NCBI GenBank assembly: GCA_963771175.1
Contig: CAVYSY010000032.1
Span: 352,001-416,000, forward strand
Direction of reading: 5' to 3'
DNA: 64,000 nt
Source: an uncultured delta proteobacterium
GTDB taxonomy: Bacteria; Myxococcota; Myxococcia; Myxococcales; Myxococcaceae
Shown piece after piece: positions 59,213 to 64,000 of this stretch; within the stretch, counting starts at the first letter, position 1, and each line of letters opens with the position of its first letter. The notes under the pieces are model-generated. The model made no database searches. It was given only the letters and a program-made list of their open reading frames with translations, and was not told the DNA's origin. Both the position numbers and the translations under genes were made by a program.

Positions 59213-60287
59213 GTGAAGAAAGTCCTCCTCGCCCTGCTCGTGCTCGGCGTGCTCGCGGCGCGCCGCCGCGGGCGGCTGGTACCTCCGCCGCGAGCAGAAG
59301 ATCACCTCCTTCGCGGCCACCCCCGTCACGCTGCCCCAGGAGGGCGTCACCGTGAGCGTGCCCAACGGCACCGGCCCGAAGGCACTCGCGCGGCTGCTCG
59401 CGGACGCGGGCATCGTCACCGACCCGGAGCTGCTCTACCTCTACATCCGCCGCGAGCAGGCCGGCCCCCGGCTCAAGGCCGGTGAGTACCTCTTCGAGGG
59501 CACCCTCACCCCCGCCCAGGTGGTGGAGCAGCTCGCCTCCGGCAAGGTGAAGGTCTACCGCTTCACCGTCCCCGAGGGACTGCGCGTCGAGGAGATCCTC
59601 CCCATCGTCGCCAATTCGGAGCTGAAGCTGGACCTCCAGCGGATGGAGCAGCTCGCGACGGACCCCAACTTCCTGCGCAAGGCCGGCGTGCCCACCATCT
59701 CCATCGAGGGCTTCCTCTACCCGGACACGTACACCTTCACCCGCGGCGCCTCCGAGGAGAAGGTGCTGACGAAGATGGTGGAGCGCTCGCTGGAGGAGTA
59801 CCGGAAGGCGGACGCGCAGCGGAAGAGCGGCGTGAAGCTCTCCTTGCTGGAGACGTTCACCCTGGCCTCCATCGTGGAGAAGGAGACGGGCCAGCCCCAG
59901 GAGCGGCCCCGCATCTCGTGCGTCTTCCACAACCGGCTGCGCCAGGGCATCAAGCTGCAGACGGACCCCACGGTCATCTACGCCATGAAGCTGCTGCGTG
60001 GGGTGTACTCCAAGAACATCAAGAAGAAGGACCTGGAGACGCCGCACCCGTACAACACGTACACCACCCCGGGGTTGCCACCGGGGCCCATCGCCAGCCC
60101 GGGTGCCGCCGCCCTCCAGGCCGCCCTCCATCCGCTTGACTGCGACGACCTCTTCTTCGTGTCGCGCAACGATGGCACCCACATCTTCTGCCCCACCCTG
60201 GACTGCCACGAAGCGGCGGTGCGGCAGTGGCAGGTGGAGTTCTTCCGCAAGCAGCGCCGGCAGCAGCGGACGGGCGGCGCGAACTAG
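59213..60287 (+). CDS. mltG: Endolytic transglycosylase MltG (YceG); indel near 59260
   Basis: KAGEY, VPEG, EGFLYPDTY, LASIVEKE, NRL..LQTDPT, YNTY..GLPPGPI. Confidence 0.93.
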
Positions 60288-60447
60288 CCCCACCCGTTCG
60301 GCCCTCGGGCCACCGTGATGTCGCTCGGAGCCTCCGCCAACCCGACGGTCGAGGCAGGGCAACACGCGGAGGGACGCTCTCTCTTCGAGCCAGGGTGTCC
60401 ACTTTAGGGAGGCAGGGAAAACAACCCCTTCTTCCACGAGGTGGATC

Positions 60448-61402
60448 ATGGCGACGGCGATTGCAGGAGAGAGCGGGAGTGGGCTTCCTGTCAGGCCCTC
60501 CGGTGAAGGTGAGCTGGGGCTCCATCTTCGCCGGGACGGTGAGCGCACTGGGTCTGTGGGTGCTGCTCTATGCGCTGGGCCTCGCGCTGGGGCTGTCCTC
60601 CATCAATCCGCAGGACGTCGGCAGCGCGAAATCCTCCGGCGTCTTCACCGGCATCTGGGGCATCATCTCCCCGCTGATCGCCCTCTTCGTCGGCGGCATC
60701 GTGGCCGGACGTGGCTCGGGAGCCCAGACAAAGGCGAGCGGCGGCATCCACGGCCTCGTGATGTGGGGCCTCACCACGCTGGTGGGACTGTGGCTGATGG
60801 GCAACCTGCTGTCCGCCCTGGCGGGCGGGCTGTTCTCCGTGGGCAAGACGGCCGTCCAGGCAGCCGGTTCGGCGGTGGCGGTGGGGGCCTCCCAGGCCGG
60901 AGGCGTGGGTCAGGCCGCCCAGAGCTTCGGGCTCGATGCCGATGATGCCCTGCGCCCCATCAACGAGCGCCTGCGCGCCGAGGGCAAGCCTCCCGTGACG
61001 GCGGAGCAGATCCAGGCCGCGACCCGCGACGTGGTGCAGACGGCGGTCCGGGAGGGACGCCTCGACCGGCAGCTCCTCGTGAACTCCATCGCCGAGAAGA
61101 CGGCCCTGTCCCGCGCGGACGCCGAGGACGTGGCGAGCCGGGTGGAGTCCCAGTTCAATGCCTTCAAGGCCCAGGCGGGACAGATGGCCCAGCAGGTGCA
61201 GACGGGCGCGCTCAAGGCCGCGGATGTCACCGGCAAGGCGCTCTGGGGCATCTTCGGCGCCCTCTTCCTGGGGCTCATCTCCGCCATCCTCGGGGCCACG
61301 GTGGGCGTGAGCAAACGCCAGCGCATCTACGCCGAGGGCGCGGTCGTGACGACTCCGCCGGAGGGTGGCGTGCCTCCCCCGCGCCGCGAGGTGTACCCGT
61401 AG
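60448..61402 (+). CDS. Hypothetical membrane protein; indel near 60466
   Basis: GAGGTGG RBS and ATG 60448; removing one G joins MATAIA to ERAGVGF..VSWGSIFAG..HGLVMWG TM segments. Confidence 0.75.
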
Positions 61403-61631
61403 GCGCCCTCCCCGAGGGAACCCAGGCCGCGCCCAACAACCTCGCAGCTCGGGCGTTCCCCGCCATCCCGGCCGAGACCCGGGCCGGGATGCGGCCGGGC
61501 GTCCATCACGCCCGGTATGCCCCCACGTACAGCCGTCCCCATCGTGACGCTTGGATGCCGGTCCCGCCAGCGTCCAGCGACGAAGGCACGTGACGAGGCA
61601 TTCCCACGCAACCACGCAATAGGAGGCAGCC

Positions 61632-62357
61632 ATGTTCCAGCGCAGTCAGTTGAAGGAAGGGATGACGGTCCGCAGCTTCGACGGCGAGAAACTCGGCAAG
61701 GTGTTTGCCCTGGGAGATGACGCGTTCCACATCGAGAAGGGGCTCTTCTTCCCGAAGGACTATCTCGTCCGGTACGCCGAGATCTCCGACATCCGCGATG
61801 GGGAGATCATCCTCATGCACGGCCGCGAGAGCCTGCTAAAGCTGTCCTCCGAGGCGAGGTATGGGGCCACGGAGGGACTCGGGACGACCGCCGGGTACGA
61901 CACGACCAGCGGAATCGGAACGAGCACGGCGGCCGCGGGTGAGGTAGCCATCCCGGTGCACAAGGAGGAGCTGGACGTCACCAAGCGGGAGGTACAGGCC
62001 GGTGAGGTGAGCATCCACAAGGACGTGGTGGTGGAGGAGGAGACCGTCACCGTCCCCGTGCGCCGCGAGCGCGTGCGCGTGGAGCGCCGCGACATCAACC
62101 CGGACCGGCCCGCGATGAACGCCTCCTTCCAGGAGGAGACGGTGACGGTCCCCCTGCGCGCCGAGGAGGTCGACATCAACAAGCGCGCGGTGGTGGACGA
62201 GGAGGTCATCATCCACAAGGACGAGATCGAAGAGGAACGCCGGGTCGCGGAGCCACTGCGGCGCGAGGAGGTGGACATCCGCACATCCGGCGTGGACGAG
62301 GACAAGCGCTCGCTGAACCTCAACCCCGATGAGGATCCCACCCGGCGCCGCTCGTAA
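61632..62357 (+). CDS. YsnF/AvaK (DUF2382) protein with N-terminal PRC-barrel-like domain
   Basis: GMTVRSFDGEKLGKV; IPVHKEELDVTKR..GEV; VPLRAEEV..K; AGGAGG RBS. Confidence 0.88.
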   Translation: MFQRSQLKEGMTVRSFDGEKLGKVFALGDDAFHIEKGLFFPKDYLVRYAEISDIRDGEIILMHGRESLLKLSSEARYGATEGLGTTAGYDTTSGIGTSTAAAGEVAIPVHKEELDVTKREVQAGEVSIHKDVVVEEETVTVPVRRERVRVERRDINPDRPAMNASFQEETVTVPLRAEEVDINKRAVVDEEVIIHKDEIEEERRVAEPLRREEVDIRTSGVDEDKRSLNLNPDEDPTRRRS

Positions 62358-62781
62358 TACCTGGGCCCGGGGAGTGCTCGGCGGGGGTGCCGCATGGCTC
62401 CTCGCCAGCCTCTTCCCCTTCCCGGGGATGCCATTAGAATCGTACGCTTCTGGTGACTGAACTCATGATGCCCCTCTACCCAGCTCCGATGAAGTCCGGT
62501 ACGCGCTGGGCCGTGGTGCGCCGAGTCCTGCTCGCCCACGGCGGGGCAACTGCCTCGCTTGAGTTCCGCGCCGCCCGCCCCCAGCTCTAGACCCCGGCGA
62601 GCGGCGTCCCGTCCCCATCCGAGAGCTGACCAGGAACGCTCCCGCGTAGCCCCTGTCCTGCTCGCCCGCGCGAGCTGACACGCACGCCGGTCCACATGCG
62701 CCCTGCCCCTCGGCGCTCTCCTTGTCCCCCTCGATTGACCCCCGGCCGCAGCGCGGCCACTGCACCATGAGGAACACCGCA

Positions 62782-63198
62782 ATGACCCAAGAGCGACGCA
62801 TCATCGTCACGGAGACCGACCTCGAGCGCCTCCAGCGAACAATCGAGCAGCACGGCGGTGGGCGCAACGCCGAGCTGGCCGAGCTGCTGGAGCAGGAGCT
62901 GGCCCGGGCCGACGTGACGAGTGCCCAGGACGTCCCCCCAGACGTGGTGACGATGAACAGCACCGTCGTCTTCGAAGACGAGGACACGGGCTCGCGCCGG
63001 GAGGTCACGCTCTGCTACCCACGGGATGCACGCAGCGACGAGGGCCGCATCTCCGTGCTCGCGCCCATCGGAAGCGCCCTCATCGGTCTGTCCGTGGGCC
63101 AGTCCATCCAGTGGCCGGTCCCGGGCGGACGCACCAAGACGCTCCGCATCGTGGCCGTGCCGTACCAACCGGAGGCCGCGGGGCACTTCCACCTTTGA
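62782..63198 (+). CDS. rnk: Regulator of nucleoside diphosphate kinase (GreA/B C-terminal family)
   Basis: DLERL, ELARA, VVTMNS, ISVLAPIGSALIG. Confidence 0.92.
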   Translation: MTQERRIIVTETDLERLQRTIEQHGGGRNAELAELLEQELARADVTSAQDVPPDVVTMNSTVVFEDEDTGSRREVTLCYPRDARSDEGRISVLAPIGSALIGLSVGQSIQWPVPGGRTKTLRIVAVPYQPEAAGHFHL

Positions 63199-63672
63199 CG
63201 TGAGCGGCGCTTCCGCGCGGCTGCCTGAAGGCCTGACGGAGGCGCCGTGTGCTACGGGGTCCTCGGACGCTCGCGCACGACCTCACGCAGCGTGAGCCGA
63301 GCGGATGCGCTGGTACGTCTCCAACGGCAGATGCGCCAGCTGCTTTCAGGCAGTTGGACTGACTTCCACGCTATAAGTGTTGAGACTCTCGGGGCGCCGC
63401 ATTCCGGGCGGGGGCAACGCACGAGCCAGGCCAGTCCGAGCATCTGTCAGGTTCAATACCTGGCCGATCGCCCCTCGGCGGGCCTGGCGTTTTTCTACAG
63501 TCAGAAACCGGAAGGACCTACCCGCCATGAACCCGCCTCCTCCCCACGGTCCCCGCGCTGCTTCTCCCTGGGAGGGACAGGAGGCGGGCCTCCGCATCCT
63601 CGATGAGGCGCGCGCGGCCCAGCGGAACGCCATGGGGCCGCCACGACGGCCTCCGGGCCAGGGAGCGCCCTT

Positions 63673-64000
63673 GTGAGCTCCGATACCCACCTGACGGAGT
63701 CCTCCCCCCCCACGCTGGCGGACGTGCTGGAGGCGCGGCACGAGGAGCTCATCGACCGCTGGACCAAGCGGCTTCGCGAGGGGCTCAGACCCGAGGGCCT
63801 GACGCAGGTCGAGCTGGAGGACCACATCGGCGACTACCTGTGGCAGATGGCCGCGGTGCTGCGCCAGCAGAAGACCAGTGGGGAGGTCTCGGTGCCCGAG
63901 TGGAGCCCCGTGGCCCGGGAGCACGGGAGCCAGCGCCTGCGCATCGGCTTCGACGTCCAGTCGCTGGTGCGTGAGTACCACGTGCTGCGCGAGTGCATCC
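63673..64000 (+). CDS. RsbRD N-terminal-domain signalling protein (likely sensor kinase), 5' part
   Basis: Manual translation from GTG: LADVLEARHEELIDRW..LEDHI..EHGSQRLRIGFDVQSLVREYHVLRECI; runs off window. Confidence 0.78.
   Translation, partial: MSSDTHLTESSPPTLADVLEARHEELIDRWTKRLREGLRPEGLTQVELEDHIGDYLWQMAAVLRQQKTSGEVSVPEWSPVAREHGSQRLRIGFDVQSLVREYHVLRECI

Noticed and set aside
62358..63672. ncRNA or small genes in the intergenic stretches around rnk
   Set aside because: No convincing structure, codon bias or known motif by eye; a covariance-model search would be needed.

Overview
Very GC-rich myxobacterial (Cystobacterineae-like) chromosomal segment. The backbone matches the conserved neighbourhood beside the type IV pilus locus: pilT (partial), pilB, ribF, trmB, a REC-GGDEF cyclase, a DinG-family exonuclease-helicase, alaS, glutamate-cysteine ligase, a large S41 protease, tatA, a zinc-ribbon/Pro-rich membrane protein, a PhaR-like regulator, ParA, an ArsA/Get3 pair, an M48 peptidase, ruvX, mltG and rnk. 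An accessory block (~20.2-37.8 kb) is inserted into it. It carries c-type cytochromes, an M4 protease with a sigma54-type promoter, a pentaheme MtrC/OmcA-like lipoprotein, and an enzyme set that could form a glutathione-based sulfur-insertion and S-methylation pathway on a tryptophan-derived scaffold. That set is an IDO/PrnB-like heme enzyme, DUF6875, a luciferase-like monooxygenase, GST, a class-I GATase-like hydrolase, peptidase E, a PatB C-S lyase and a TPMT-family methyltransferase; the pathway is an inference and is the best candidate for an undescribed system. Other notable items are an orphan T3SS translocator/filament-like protein with a SycD-like chaperone, a protein with C-terminal Hfq-like domain(s), and a PilZ-like/degenerate Hsp70 fusion. 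Many single-base frameshifts, densest at ~45.8-54.2 kb and 58-60.5 kb, look like sequencing or assembly indels rather than biology. I recognised no rRNA, tRNA, CRISPR array or transposase. All family calls are by-eye motif recognition; no database search was run.
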